A stretch of DNA of 64,000 nucleotides, from contig OZ255842.1 in assembly GCA_965277805.1 (NCBI GenBank), positions 4,224,001 through 4,288,000 of the forward strand, written 5' to 3'. A program made the position numbers and the translations under genes. The DNA is from Candidatus Lustribacter sp. (GTDB taxonomy: Bacteria; Vulcanimicrobiota; Vulcanimicrobiia; Vulcanimicrobiales; Vulcanimicrobiaceae). Positions 1-10,352 of the stretch are shown piece after piece. The notes under the pieces were generated by a model. It ran no database searches. It had not been told where the DNA came from and was given only the letters and a program-made list of their open reading frames with translations. The number at the start of each line of letters is the position of its first letter. Position 1 is the stretch's first letter.

Positions 1-355
1 AGATCGGCGTGTACATCACGGTGTTGTTGAGATGCTGGCCCTGGATCGCCGCGTGGTTGCAGAGCACGACGTCGCCATGACGCAGCCGTTCTTTTCCATA
101 CGTCGCTAGGCCGTCGCGCACGGCCATGCCGATCGAGTCGGCCACGAACACCGGCATCGCGCCGGTCGATTGCGCGAGCAGCTCGCCGTCCGGACCGGCG
201 AGGCCTACGGCGTAATCTTTGTATTCGTAGATGTACGCGCTGTACGCAGTGCGCGTCATGTTGGCGTCGATCTGATCGGCGATCGAGATGATCCCGTGGC
301 GAATCACTTCGAGCGTGACGGGATCGACGCGCAGGCGTTCGGCCGTGGCACTCAT
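1..355 (-). CDS. Hydantoinase B/oxoprolinase family protein (5' part; runs off window start)
   Basis: Not in the ORF track. Manual translation from ATG at 355 gives MSATAERLRVDPVTLEVIRHGIISIADQIDANMTRTAYSAYIYEYKDYAVG, the typical HyuB N-terminus. ATGA overlap with the stop of the A subunit. Confidence 0.9.
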   Translation of the reverse strand, partial: MSATAERLRVDPVTLEVIRHGIISIADQIDANMTRTAYSAYIYEYKDYAVGLAGPDGELLAQSTGAMPVFVADSIGMAVRDGLATYGKERLRHGDVVLCNHAAIQGQHLNNTVMYTPI

Positions 356-2418
356 ACCGGTGCGCGCTCCTCGTATTTGCAATCGATGCGAATCTCGCGC
401 AGCGTGCCGATCGTGAACCGGTCGCCCGGCCACACGAGCGTCGTCGAACCGTATTCTTCCAGCAGGGCGGGCCCGGTGCCGGTTGCGCCGGGCTCGAGCG
501 CGTAGCGATCGTAGACGGTGGTCTCGAGCATGCCGCCCGCATCGGCGAAGTACACCATACGCGTCGTCGTCGCCGCGCGGCCGCCGGTTGCGCGCGGCAG
601 GCGCGCGATCTCCGGGCCGTCGAGTTCCGCGAAACCCGAGAGATGGAGCGCCTGAAATTCCGCCGGTGCGTCGGCATCGGCGTGACCATAACGGCGCAGG
701 TAGTCGCGTTCGAACGCGGTCCGGATCGCCGCCGCATCGGCACCCTGCGCGATCGGCACCTTGATGTTGTGACGCTGTCCGCGGTAGCGCATTTCCGCGA
801 ACCGTTCGGGGCGGAACGTTTTCGCGCCGAACTCCAAAGCCAGCGCCGCGGCCATGTCGCGTTCGAGCGTCGCGAAGGCCGACTCGAGCCGGCCGAGCGT
901 TTGTTCGGCGAGCGGTTCGGTGAACGTGATCGCATCGTCGAGCCGCGCGTCCGCGAGCAGCATGCCGGTGGCGGAAAACGTGCCTGGCTCCGGCGGAACG
1001 ATCACGGTTGGGATCGAGAGCTCGTGCGCGAGCGCGGAGCCGTGCAGCGGCCCGCCGCCGCCGTAGCAGAACAGGACGAAATCGCGCGGGTCGTGTCCGT
1101 GTTCGACCGAGATGCGCCGCAGCGCGCCGGCCATCACGACCGTCGCGATCGAGAGAATGCCGTCGGCCATCCGCACGACGCCCTCATCGTCGGCGTAATC
1201 GAGCGGCCGCGCGATGTGTTCCTCGATCGCGTTGCGCGCGGCGGCAACGTCGAGCGCGAGTTCGCCGCCGAGAAAGTTCTGCGCGTTGATCCGGCCCAGA
1301 ACGAGATTCGCATCGGTAACCGTGGGCTGCGTTCCGCCACGCCCGTAACACACCGGACCCGGTGTTGAGCCGGCGCTCTGCGGTCCGACGTGCAAGCGCT
1401 TCTGCGCATCGAGCCACGCGATCGAACCGCCGCCCGAACCCACTTCGACGATATCGACGACCGGTGACTTCACCGGAAATCCGTACTTGTATCCGCCCGC
1501 GTAGTACACCGAATCGACGGCGAAGCGGCCGGACTCGACCAGCGCGCACTTGGCGGTGGTGCCGCCCATGTCGAAGGCGATCACGTTGTCGTAACCGAGC
1601 GCACGCGCGTAGGCGCCGGCGCCGATGCAGCCGCCGACCGGACCGCTCTCGACCAGCGCGATCGGCTGGCGGCACGTGCGGTCGATCGAGAGCACGCCGC
1701 CGTTCGAACCCATCATGTAGAGGCTGCCGGTGAAGCCGCCGGTGGTGAGATCGGCTTCGATGCGCCGGATGTATTTACTCACACTCGGGCCGACGTAAGC
1801 ATTCGCGGCGACGGTCGACGTGCGCTCGTACTCATACCACTCGCGCGTCAATTCGGTGCTGTGCGTGATGAAGACACCGGGCAGAAGACGCCGCAGCGCT
1901 TCAGCCGCCGCAACTTCATGCTCCGGGTTCGCGAATGAGTGCATGAAGAAGATCGCCACCGACTCGACGTCCGACGCGCGCAATGTCTCGGCGAGCTGCG
2001 CCAACGCGTCGAGGTCGAGCGGCACGACGACTTCGCCGCGTCCGTTCATGCGCTCGGGCACTTCGAACCGCAACTCGCGCGGAACGAGCGGTTCGTCTCG
2101 GCGGTAGTGCAAGTCGAACGGATCGGGCCGGTTACCGCGCGCGATCTCGAGCACGTCGCGAAAGCCGGCCGTCGTCACGAGCGCGGTGCGCGCGCCGTTG
2201 CGCTGCACGATCGCGTTGATCACGAGCGTCGTGCCGTGATTGACCAGCGCCGCTTCCTGCGGCGAAAGCGAAACCTTGCCGAAGCATTCCATGATGCCGT
2301 CGGCGAAATTTCCATACGTGGTCGGCGCTTTGGTGTAGAGTACCCGGTTCGTGGCCCGGTCGAAGGCGACGAGGTCGGTGAACGTTCCGCCGATATCGAC
2401 GGCGACGAGGTATGCCAT
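352..2418 (-). CDS. Hydantoinase A/oxoprolinase family protein
   Basis: VDIGGTFTD, HGTT, EYERTST, ESGP, DMGGTT and GPQSAGSTPGP motifs. Start trimmed to MAYLVAVDIGG. Confidence 0.92.
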   Translation of the reverse strand: MAYLVAVDIGGTFTDLVAFDRATNRVLYTKAPTTYGNFADGIMECFGKVSLSPQEAALVNHGTTLVINAIVQRNGARTALVTTAGFRDVLEIARGNRPDPFDLHYRRDEPLVPRELRFEVPERMNGRGEVVVPLDLDALAQLAETLRASDVESVAIFFMHSFANPEHEVAAAEALRRLLPGVFITHSTELTREWYEYERTSTVAANAYVGPSVSKYIRRIEADLTTGGFTGSLYMMGSNGGVLSIDRTCRQPIALVESGPVGGCIGAGAYARALGYDNVIAFDMGGTTAKCALVESGRFAVDSVYYAGGYKYGFPVKSPVVDIVEVGSGGGSIAWLDAQKRLHVGPQSAGSTPGPVCYGRGGTQPTVTDANLVLGRINAQNFLGGELALDVAAARNAIEEHIARPLDYADDEGVVRMADGILSIATVVMAGALRRISVEHGHDPRDFVLFCYGGGGPLHGSALAHELSIPTVIVPPEPGTFSATGMLLADARLDDAITFTEPLAEQTLGRLESAFATLERDMAAALALEFGAKTFRPERFAEMRYRGQRHNIKVPIAQGADAAAIRTAFERDYLRRYGHADADAPAEFQALHLSGFAELDGPEIARLPRATGGRAATTTRMVYFADAGGMLETTVYDRYALEPGATGTGPALLEEYGSTTLVWPGDRFTIGTLREIRIDCKYEERAPV

Positions 2419-2491
2419 CAGAGGCGGTGGTTCAACGCGGTTGGGGACACCCCGATAGGATACGCGATGGTCGTGTGAAACGCAACGAACG

Positions 2492-3424
2492 ATGAAGACA
2501 CTTGCCGTGAGCTTGCTGGCGCTGGCAATTGGCGCCCTTTCGAGCGTGCCGGTGCAAAGCGCGCCGCTCACCATCAACGTCATCAGCCTGCCGAGCGACA
2601 CCGCAGGGACGCTCTATTACGCCGACGAGCTCGGCTATTTCAAGGCCGCCGGTCTCGACGTGAAGATCACGGACATGACGGCGAGCCCGCCGATCGTAGC
2701 GGCCGTGGCATCGGGCGCGGGTGATATCGGTTTCTCGGTCGTTACGTCGACGGCGGTCGCCCACGAACGCGGCATTCCGGTGCGTTTCATCGCGCCGGGC
2801 GCGATGTGGCTAACGGTCAACGGCACAGCTCAGCTGGTCGTCGCCAAGGATTCGCCGCTGCAGAGCGGTGCAAGCTTCAACGGCAAAACGATCGCCGTCA
2901 CCGGGCTTGCCGATCTCACCTACTACGGCACCAAGGAGTGGCTCGACAAGAACGGCTGCGATACCTCGACCGTCAAGTGGGTCGAGCTGCCGTTTCCGCA
3001 AATGGCTGCCGCCGTCGGGCAGCACCGCATCGACGGTGCGATGATCGCCGAACCATTTCTCGAGGCCTCGAAGCCGCTGGTGAAATTCGTCGCCCCGGTC
3101 GACGATGCGGTCGCACCGCGCTTCATGTCGACCGGCTGGATCGCAACCGACGCGTGGATCAAAGCGCACCCGGTCGAAGCGGCGAAATTCGCCGACGTCA
3201 TGATCAAGGCCGCAGCCTGGGCGAACACGCATCAGAAAGAATCCGCGCAGATCTTGATGCACCATACGCAGATCACGCCCGAAACCGCTGCGTCGATGAG
3301 CCGCGTCGGTTACGCAACCTCGCTCGATCCGAAACTCTTGCAACCGTCGATCGATACCGCCGCCAAGTACTCGAGCACGCCGATGCGTGACACACCCGCA
3401 AGCGAATTGATCTGGAGGCCTTGA
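2492..3424 (+). CDS. ABC transporter substrate-binding protein (SsuA/THI5/NMT1-like)
   Basis: Signal peptide; GYFKAAGLDV, FNGKTIAV, ELPFPQMAAAV...IDGAMIAEPF pattern. Confidence 0.85.
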   Translation: MKTLAVSLLALAIGALSSVPVQSAPLTINVISLPSDTAGTLYYADELGYFKAAGLDVKITDMTASPPIVAAVASGAGDIGFSVVTSTAVAHERGIPVRFIAPGAMWLTVNGTAQLVVAKDSPLQSGASFNGKTIAVTGLADLTYYGTKEWLDKNGCDTSTVKWVELPFPQMAAAVGQHRIDGAMIAEPFLEASKPLVKFVAPVDDAVAPRFMSTGWIATDAWIKAHPVEAAKFADVMIKAAAWANTHQKESAQILMHHTQITPETAASMSRVGYATSLDPKLLQPSIDTAAKYSSTPMRDTPASELIWRP

Positions 3425-4371
3425 TGACCACCCGCACCACATTCCTCGCTGGAACGGCTGCAGCCGGCACCGCGCTCGCCGCGGGACTTCGCCCGGCACC
3501 CGCCTTGGCCGCACCGACCACGATCCGCGTCGCCTTTCTCCCGATCGTCGACGAGTTGCCGCTCTACGTCGGCATCGATCAGGGCATCTTCAAAAATCAC
3601 AACCTCGACGTCTCGGCATTCGCGGTCGTCAATCAGACCGTGCTGGTCGACGCGCTGCAATCGGGTTCGGCGGAAATGGGGACCGCGGTCCTGGTCTCGA
3701 TGCTGCCCGCGCAAGAGAGCGGGATCAAGCTCGCGGTCGTCGCCACCTGCGTCGCGTTCCCGGTACCGAAAAACGTCGGCGTGCTGGCGCGCACCGGCCT
3801 CGACGTCAAATCGGCCAAGGATCTCATCGGGAAGAAAGTCGGATTGCCGTCGCTCAAGTCGTACTTTCAAGTGATGGTCGTGCGCTGGCTGACCGAGAAG
3901 AACGTCGATTCCTCGAAGGTCACGTTCGTCGAGGTCCCGTTTCCGAACGGCTCCGATCTCTTGAAAGCGGGCCAAATCGATGCGCTCGTAACCGTCGACC
4001 CGTTCTACCATAAAATTCTCGATGCGAAGATCGGCTATCAGTTCGACGAGTTCGAAGCGACCGTGCCGAACGGCACGATCGTCGACTGCTACGCGACGAC
4101 GAAAGACTGGGCGGTCAAGAACATCGCGGCCGTGCACGCATTCCGCGACGGCTGCGCGGAAGCGATTGCCTGGATCAAGGCCAACGATACGGCCGCGCGC
4201 GCGATCTTGGCGAAGTGGACGAAGCTGCCGCCGGCCGTCGTGGCCGATACCGCGATTCCGAATTTCAGCGTGCCGGTCAGCGCGGCGCAGGTTCAGTGGT
4301 GGATCGACCTCGCCAAAAAGCAAGGGCTGATCACCTCGAACATCAACCCGCGCGACATGCTCGTTACCTAA
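3424..4371 (+). CDS. ABC transporter substrate-binding protein (SsuA/THI5/NMT1-like)
   Basis: N-terminal export signal; GIFKNHNLDV, DLIGKKVG, EVPFP...GQIDA...DPF pattern. TGATG overlap with the previous gene. Confidence 0.85.
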   Translation: MTTRTTFLAGTAAAGTALAAGLRPAPALAAPTTIRVAFLPIVDELPLYVGIDQGIFKNHNLDVSAFAVVNQTVLVDALQSGSAEMGTAVLVSMLPAQESGIKLAVVATCVAFPVPKNVGVLARTGLDVKSAKDLIGKKVGLPSLKSYFQVMVVRWLTEKNVDSSKVTFVEVPFPNGSDLLKAGQIDALVTVDPFYHKILDAKIGYQFDEFEATVPNGTIVDCYATTKDWAVKNIAAVHAFRDGCAEAIAWIKANDTAARAILAKWTKLPPAVVADTAIPNFSVPVSAAQVQWWIDLAKKQGLITSNINPRDMLVT

Positions 4372-5122
4372 TTCGCCACCTGAGAAGGCGCGCTTCGATC
4401 GCAAAGAGTGCTTGCGCGGTGATGTAGCCGAGCGCGCCGAGCAGCACGACGCCCGCGTAGAGATCGGGCGAATGAAACGTGCGCGCCGCGATGAGGATGC
4501 CGCTGCCGAGACCCGGGCGCGATGCGAGCATTTCGCCGACGACCGCCAGGATCAGCGACACGGTCAAGCTCAAGCGCATGCCGGAGAGAATGTCGGGAAG
4601 CGAGCTCGGCAGCGCGATCTTCCAGATGACCGCAAGGCGCGTCATGCCGAGCGCGCGCGACACCTCGTAGAGACAGGGTTCGACCGCGGCGAAGCCGTGC
4701 ACCGTTGCCAGCAGCGTCGGCCACAGCGCGCCGAACGCGATCACGCTCAGGACCATGTTGTCGGAGAGGCCGAAGAGCACGATGCCGAGCGGCACGACGG
4801 CCGATGCCGGCAGCGGACGCAAGAATTCGAGCGTCGGGCCGAGATACGCGCGCGCCGGCCGCGACAAGCCGATGCACGCACCGATGATGATGCCGGCGAG
4901 CGATGCCAACAGCCAGCCCACGAGCATGCGCTGCACCGTGTTCCACACCTGATCGGGAAACGCGCCGCTAGCGAAGCCGCGCACCAGCGCACCCCACGTG
5001 CGATCGGGCCCCGGCAAATACACGGGCGAGATCAGATGCGCGTTCGCCAGCAACTGCCAGACCGCGATGAAGAACGCGCCGACCAGAAAGCTGCCGAGCC
5101 GCCAGCCGATGCGCGTCTTCAC
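4364..5122 (-). CDS. ABC transporter permease (SsuC/TauC type)
   Basis: Hydrophobic; EFLRPLP and EAA-like loop (YEVSRALGM...IALPSSLP), GEM...GLG. Confidence 0.9.
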   Translation of the reverse strand: MKTRIGWRLGSFLVGAFFIAVWQLLANAHLISPVYLPGPDRTWGALVRGFASGAFPDQVWNTVQRMLVGWLLASLAGIIIGACIGLSRPARAYLGPTLEFLRPLPASAVVPLGIVLFGLSDNMVLSVIAFGALWPTLLATVHGFAAVEPCLYEVSRALGMTRLAVIWKIALPSSLPDILSGMRLSLTVSLILAVVGEMLASRPGLGSGILIAARTFHSPDLYAGVVLLGALGYITAQALFAIEARLLRWRIR

Positions 5123-5889
5123 GGCGCCGTGCGCGCCTGCGCCGCGCGGCCGAAGAAGCGCCGCTGCGCACCATTGATGGTGAGATTCAACGTCCAGCCG
5201 ACGATGCCGATCCAGAGCAGATACGCCAGCATCAAGTCGGGGTGCAGCGACTGCTCGGCCAGCATCATGTTGTAGCCGAGGCCCAACGGATTAGCCGACA
5301 CTTCGACCGTGACGGCGACCGTCAGCGCGATTCCGGCCGCGAGCCGAAACGCGACGAAGATGCGCGGCAGCGCGGCGGGCAACACGATCTTCAGCGTGCG
5401 CGCGAACGGATCCAACCGCAACACGCGCGCGAGGTCGAGCAGGCCCCGATCGACGCCGCCGACCGCGCTGCGCGTCAAGATCAGCACCGGCCAAAACGCC
5501 GCGAACGAAACGATCGCGATCTCCATCCGGAAGCCGAACCCGAACGTCAACATCGCGACCGGAATCAGCGCGACCGACGGGATCGGCCGCAGCGCTTCGA
5601 CCGAGAATTCCATCAGGCGGTCGGCCACGATGCTGCTTCCGAGCAGAACGCCGCAGATCAGCCCGGCGATGCCGCCGAGCGCGAGCCCGCCGAACGCGTT
5701 GGCCAGCGTTTGCAGCGTTGCGACGAGGATGCTGCCGTCGGCAAACGCGCCCGCGCCCGCCACGAGTACGGCTGCCGGCGACGCCAGCGAATCGCTTTGC
5801 AGGCGCACGGCCATCGCGGCGATTTGCGCGACGGCGATCAGCGCCACCGGGAACGCGAGCCCGCGCAATGCGGCTGCCGCGCGTTTCAT
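5119..5889 (-). CDS. ABC transporter permease (SsuC/TauC type)
   Basis: EALRPIPSVALIP, KIVLPAALP, GLG motifs. Confidence 0.9.
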   Translation of the reverse strand: MKRAAAALRGLAFPVALIAVAQIAAMAVRLQSDSLASPAAVLVAGAGAFADGSILVATLQTLANAFGGLALGGIAGLICGVLLGSSIVADRLMEFSVEALRPIPSVALIPVAMLTFGFGFRMEIAIVSFAAFWPVLILTRSAVGGVDRGLLDLARVLRLDPFARTLKIVLPAALPRIFVAFRLAAGIALTVAVTVEVSANPLGLGYNMMLAEQSLHPDLMLAYLLWIGIVGWTLNLTINGAQRRFFGRAAQARTAP

Positions 5890-6638
5890 GCGTCGGCATC
5901 CTTGATGAAATCAAATAGGTGCCGGCGCAGCCGGGCAAACTCCGGGTCTTCGCGCGTCGTCAGCTGGTCGCGCGGCCGCGGCAGCGCGACCGCGACGTCG
6001 CTTGCGATGCGGCCCGGATGCGGCAAGAGCCCGATCACGCGACTGCCGAGGTAGACCGCCTCTTCTAGATCGTGCGTCACGAAAAATACGGTCGCGCCGC
6101 TGGCGGCGACGATCGAGAGCACTTCGTCCTGCAGCGTCTGGCGCGTCATCGCATCGAGCGCCCCGAACGGTTCGTCCATCAGCAGCACCTTCGGCTCTTG
6201 CGCGAGGCAGCGCGCGATCTGCAAACGCTGCTGCATGCCGCCCGAGAGCTCGTTCGGATACTTCTCGGCCTTCTCGCTCAAGCCGACGGTGGCGAGCGCC
6301 GCGGCGATGCGCGCCGGCCGTGCCTCTTTCGGCACGCCGAGCGCTTCGAGCGCGAGCGACACGTTGCCGGCCACCGTGCGCCACGGCAAAAGCGCCCGGC
6401 CGTAGTCCTGAAACATCACCGCGATGTCGGCGCGCGGCTCGACGACGCGTTTGCCCGCGTAACGCACCTCGCCCGCCGTCGGTTCGAGCAGCCCGCCCAG
6501 CAGTCGCAGCATCGTCGTCTTACCGCAGCCCGAGGGTCCGACCACGCACACGAAGTCACCGGGCTCGATGTGCAGGTCGATCCCGGTGAGGATCGGCGCA
6601 CCGCCCAACGTGACGCTGACCCGGTCGAACTCAATCAC
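5886..6638 (-). CDS. ABC transporter ATP-binding protein (SsuB/TauB type)
   Basis: Walker A GPSGCGKT, LSGGMQQR, LLMDEPFGALD, VTHD. Confidence 0.95.
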   Translation of the reverse strand: MIEFDRVSVTLGGAPILTGIDLHIEPGDFVCVVGPSGCGKTTMLRLLGGLLEPTAGEVRYAGKRVVEPRADIAVMFQDYGRALLPWRTVAGNVSLALEALGVPKEARPARIAAALATVGLSEKAEKYPNELSGGMQQRLQIARCLAQEPKVLLMDEPFGALDAMTRQTLQDEVLSIVAASGATVFFVTHDLEEAVYLGSRVIGLLPHPGRIASDVAVALPRPRDQLTTREDPEFARLRRHLFDFIKDADA

Positions 6639-6667
6639 TGAGTGCTCTGCTGTCTCGATTGTGGCGG

Positions 6668-6691
6668 TCCCTCGACAAGCTCGGGATGACG
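6668..6691. repeat. Short dispersed REP-like palindromic repeat, family A copy 1 (TCCCTCGACAAGCTCGGGATGACG)
   Basis: Near-identical copies at 32391-32413 (inverted) and 54545-54568; imperfect hairpin. Confidence 0.7.
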
Positions 6692-6698
6692 ATAGAGG

Positions 6699-8477
6699 TT
6701 AGCTGGTTGGTTTGACGCGGATTTGGATGCCGAGTTCGCGCAGCGAGGTTTCGGGGACGCTCGAGGGCGTCTCCATCATCACGTCGCGCGCCGACTGGTT
6801 TTTCGGGAACGCGATCACGTCGCGAATATTCGTCGTGCCGCACGCGAGCATCACGATGCGGTCGATGCCCAGCGCCATGCCGCCGTGAGGCGGGGCGCCG
6901 AAACGCAACGCTTCGAGGAAGAAGCCGAAGCGGTCGTCGATCTGTTCCTCGGTCAGCCCCAAACGCTGGAACACCTTGCGCTGAAACTCCGGGTTGTGAT
7001 TACGAATCGACCCGCTGCCGAGCTCGTAGCCGTTGAGCACGAGATCGTAGTGCTGCGCCGTCACCGCCAGCGGTTCGGAATCGAAGAGCGCCTGCTGGCC
7101 GGGTGCCGGCGAGGTGAACGGATGGTGCGAGAACGTGATCTCGCCGTTGTCCTCGAGCTCGAAGAGCGGGAAGCCGCGCACCCAGCAAAATTTGAAGATC
7201 GCCGGATCGCGCAAGCCGAGCCGATCGCCGATTTCGAGCCGCAACTTGCCGGCGATATCGGACGCTTCTTTCGCGCGCTCGCCGACAAAGAGGATCGCAT
7301 CGCCGTTCTCGGCCAGCGTTTCCGCGCGCAACGCGGCGATCGTCGCATCGCCGAGAAACTTCACGATCGGACCCTTCGCACCGTCGGCCGCCAGCGTGAT
7401 GTAGGCTAAGCCTTTCGCACCGAACGACTTCGCCGTCTCCGTAAGCGCGTCGAACTCGCGCCGCGATAACGACGCGCCGCCCGGGAAGCGCAACGCGATG
7501 ACGCGGTTGCCCGGCGTCTCCGACAGCGTGTGGAAGAGCGTGAAGTCGCTGCCCCGGAAGAGCTCCGCCACGTCGGTCAGTTCGAGACCGAAGCGCAAGT
7601 CGGGTTTGTCCGAACCGTAGCGGCGCATCGCTTCGTGGTAGGTGAACTGCGGGATCTCGCCCTCGATCGGCTTTTCGAGCGCGCGCGCCCACACGTCGCG
7701 CACGCAGCCTTCCATCATCGCCATCACGTCGGCTTCGCTGACGAACGACATCTCGACGTCGATTTGGGTGAACTCCGGCTGACGATCGGCGCGCGGGTCT
7801 TCGTCGCGGAAGCAGCGCGCGATCTGCATGTAGCGTCCGAGCCCGCCGATCATCAGCAATTGCTTGAGGATCTGCGGCGACTGCGGCAGCGCGTAGAACG
7901 TGCCGGGGTAGATGCGGCTCGGCACCAAGTAGTCGCGCGCACCTTCGGGCGTCGACTTGATCAGGATCGGCGTTTCGATCTCGAGGAACTCGTGGTCGTC
8001 GAAGTAGTCGCGCATCGTCTTGATGATGCGATGGCGCACGGTGAGGTTGTTCTGCATCCGCGGGCGGCGCAGATCGAGATAGCGGTACTTGAGGCGCACG
8101 TTCTCATCGACGTCGTCTTCGGACGAAACGACGAACGGCGGCGTTTCCGCTTTGTTGAGGATCTCAAGCGCCTGCACCGGCACTTCGATCGCACCGGTCG
8201 CGAGCTTCGGGTTCACGGTGCCTTCGGGCCGCAGGCGCACGCGCCCGTGCACGCGCACGACGAACTCGCTGCGCAGCGTTTCGGCCGTCTTGAACGTCGC
8301 GGCGTCGGCCGGATCGAAGGTGATCTGCGTAATGCCGTCGCGATCGCGCAGATCGATGAAGATCAAACCGCCGTGATCGCGGCGGCGGTGCACCCAACCG
8401 TTGAGTTCGACGTTTTTGTCAACGTCGTTCGCGCTGAGCGCTCCACAGGAAACGCGCGCAAAGTCAGGATGGGTCAC
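6699..8477 (-). CDS. aspS: Aspartate--tRNA ligase
   Basis: RRDHGGLIFIDLRD, TPEGARDYLVP, QIARCFRDED, GAPPHGG. Confidence 0.98.
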   Translation of the reverse strand: MTHPDFARVSCGALSANDVDKNVELNGWVHRRRDHGGLIFIDLRDRDGITQITFDPADAATFKTAETLRSEFVVRVHGRVRLRPEGTVNPKLATGAIEVPVQALEILNKAETPPFVVSSEDDVDENVRLKYRYLDLRRPRMQNNLTVRHRIIKTMRDYFDDHEFLEIETPILIKSTPEGARDYLVPSRIYPGTFYALPQSPQILKQLLMIGGLGRYMQIARCFRDEDPRADRQPEFTQIDVEMSFVSEADVMAMMEGCVRDVWARALEKPIEGEIPQFTYHEAMRRYGSDKPDLRFGLELTDVAELFRGSDFTLFHTLSETPGNRVIALRFPGGASLSRREFDALTETAKSFGAKGLAYITLAADGAKGPIVKFLGDATIAALRAETLAENGDAILFVGERAKEASDIAGKLRLEIGDRLGLRDPAIFKFCWVRGFPLFELEDNGEITFSHHPFTSPAPGQQALFDSEPLAVTAQHYDLVLNGYELGSGSIRNHNPEFQRKVFQRLGLTEEQIDDRFGFFLEALRFGAPPHGGMALGIDRIVMLACGTTNIRDVIAFPKNQSARDVMMETPSSVPETSLRELGIQIRVKPTS

Positions 8478-9369
8478 GTAAAGCCGCCTTGATACCGGTG
8501 AGATAGTGATATTGGAAAGAGAGCGTGCGCAAGAAACCCGGTGCCTTCGCGCCGTCGTCGATCCAGCGCCGCAACGGCGGGATGCGATCGATCAGGTCGT
8601 GCATCGCAAGCGAGACGGGCGTCATGCCCAAGCGCAGGCGCACGTCGAAGGTCGGGTGTTTGCGGAAGAAGCGCACCGTCGAGCGGCCGGCAAGTTCCAT
8701 GCGGCCTTGCTGCTCGTCGAACAGTACCGGGTGCCAATGATAATTCACGGCTTCCGCCGCGTACTCGATCGAGATGCCGGCGTGCTGCAGGCGGTAACCG
8801 AGTTCGAGGTCCTCGTGACCGTAACCGGTGAACGCTTCATCGAAGCGTCCGACGCGCTCGAGATCCTCGCGCCGCACCGAGCAGTTGCCGGTCATGAAGT
8901 AAAGCCAGCTCAGATGCTTGCGGGTCGCCGGGTGCAGCGGATCGCGCGCCGCCGGGTTGCCGCTCTTGCGCAGGTATTCATCGTAGGAATCGACCTGGAT
9001 CTCGCAGCCGATCACCGCGCGCCCCGGCCCCTTGGCGTGCCGCGCGAGATGGCGTGAGAGCAGGTCGGGCGACGCGATGATGTCCGCATCCGTGAAGAGC
9101 ACGATCGGCGCGCGCGCTGCGGCGATGCCGGCATTGCGCGCGCTCGCGCGACCGGTGTACGGACCGGGCAGGTGGCGCACGTTGGGCGACGAGCGCGCGA
9201 TCTCGGCCAGAAACTCGGCCGTGCCGTCGTTCGAACGCGAATCGGCCACGATCACCTCGAACGCGTCGGGGCGCAGATCTTGCGCCACCAGCGCCGGGAT
9301 GACGTAGCGAAGCGTGTCGATGCGATTGTACGTCGGTACGACGACGGAAATGTGCAGCTGGTCGGTCAT
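8464..9369 (-). CDS. Glycosyltransferase family 2
   Basis: SVVVPTYNR, ARNAG, FTDAD (DxD), GYGHEDLELGYRL. Start trimmed to MTDQLH. Confidence 0.9.
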   Translation of the reverse strand: MTDQLHISVVVPTYNRIDTLRYVIPALVAQDLRPDAFEVIVADSRSNDGTAEFLAEIARSSPNVRHLPGPYTGRASARNAGIAAARAPIVLFTDADIIASPDLLSRHLARHAKGPGRAVIGCEIQVDSYDEYLRKSGNPAARDPLHPATRKHLSWLYFMTGNCSVRREDLERVGRFDEAFTGYGHEDLELGYRLQHAGISIEYAAEAVNYHWHPVLFDEQQGRMELAGRSTVRFFRKHPTFDVRLRLGMTPVSLAMHDLIDRIPPLRRWIDDGAKAPGFLRTLSFQYHYLTGIKAALRDPS

Positions 9370-10352
9370 AGTAATCGTGCCACCGCCGCGACGATCTCGG
9401 CGCGTGAGGCCGCGAGGGCCTCCGGCGCATCGGTCGGGGGTTTGCGTAGGACCGCGTTCGGCACCCGGTACGGCGACCATTCCTGGGAGTTCAGCCAAAA
9501 GTAGGTATGCTCGAAGAGGACGATCGTCGGCCGCTTCACGGCGCTGGCAACGTGCGTGGCACCCGTGTCGATCGTGACGATGCAGGCGGCGCGCTCGAAG
9601 GCCGCCGCCCACTGCCCGAACGTCAGCCCGCCGGCCACCCGGTCGACGATCCCGGTCGCGCGGACGGCATCGGCCAGTTCGACCGCGTCCGCCCCGTACG
9701 TGGCCACCAGCGGCCGGCCCAGCCGGCGCAGCTGCCGGAAGAGCTCGAGCAGGCTCGCGGTCGTGCTGCCGTGCTCGGTCCAGCGGCGGCCGAGATGGAC
9801 GACGATCGGATCGGCGGGAAAATCGGCCACCGCCGCGCGGTCGGCTTCGCTGATCACGATGCGCAGGTCGGGGACGATCTCGGTCGCCCCGGCACGCTGC
9901 GCGAGCGCCAGCACTTGATTGACCTCGTGCATGACGAACAGGTGCGGATCGCGCTCGCACGTCGCCGGATCGGCGTTGCTGACCAGGCAGTCGGTCAGCC
10001 AGCGCCGCGCGATCAGCCGCGTCAGATAGCGGCGCTCGTAGGTGTAGCCGATGCGGCGCGGTGCGCGCGTCGCCGCCACCAGCCGCATGTCGGCGGCGTT
10101 GGGAGCCAGCGCGACGGCGAGATCGACGCCGGTGAAACGCGCGCCGAACGCCTGCGGCTTCACGCCGGGCGGCAAACATTCAACCGCATCGACGTCGGGG
10201 CTATTCGCGACGACGACCGCGTTGTATTCGCTGCACACGATCGTGATGTGGGCGTCGGGAAAGCCGCGCCGGAACGTCGCGATCGCCGGCGTCGATAAAA
10301 TCAAATCGCCCACGCGATCGAGCCGCGAAAGCAGAATGCGCGAAACGCTCAC
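9366..10352 (-). CDS. Glycosyltransferase family 9 (heptosyltransferase-like)
   Basis: ILLSRLDRVGDLILSTP; DTGATHVASA. Confidence 0.88.
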   Translation of the reverse strand: MSVSRILLSRLDRVGDLILSTPAIATFRRGFPDAHITIVCSEYNAVVVANSPDVDAVECLPPGVKPQAFGARFTGVDLAVALAPNAADMRLVAATRAPRRIGYTYERRYLTRLIARRWLTDCLVSNADPATCERDPHLFVMHEVNQVLALAQRAGATEIVPDLRIVISEADRAAVADFPADPIVVHLGRRWTEHGSTTASLLELFRQLRRLGRPLVATYGADAVELADAVRATGIVDRVAGGLTFGQWAAAFERAACIVTIDTGATHVASAVKRPTIVLFEHTYFWLNSQEWSPYRVPNAVLRKPPTDAPEALAASRAEIVAAVARLL

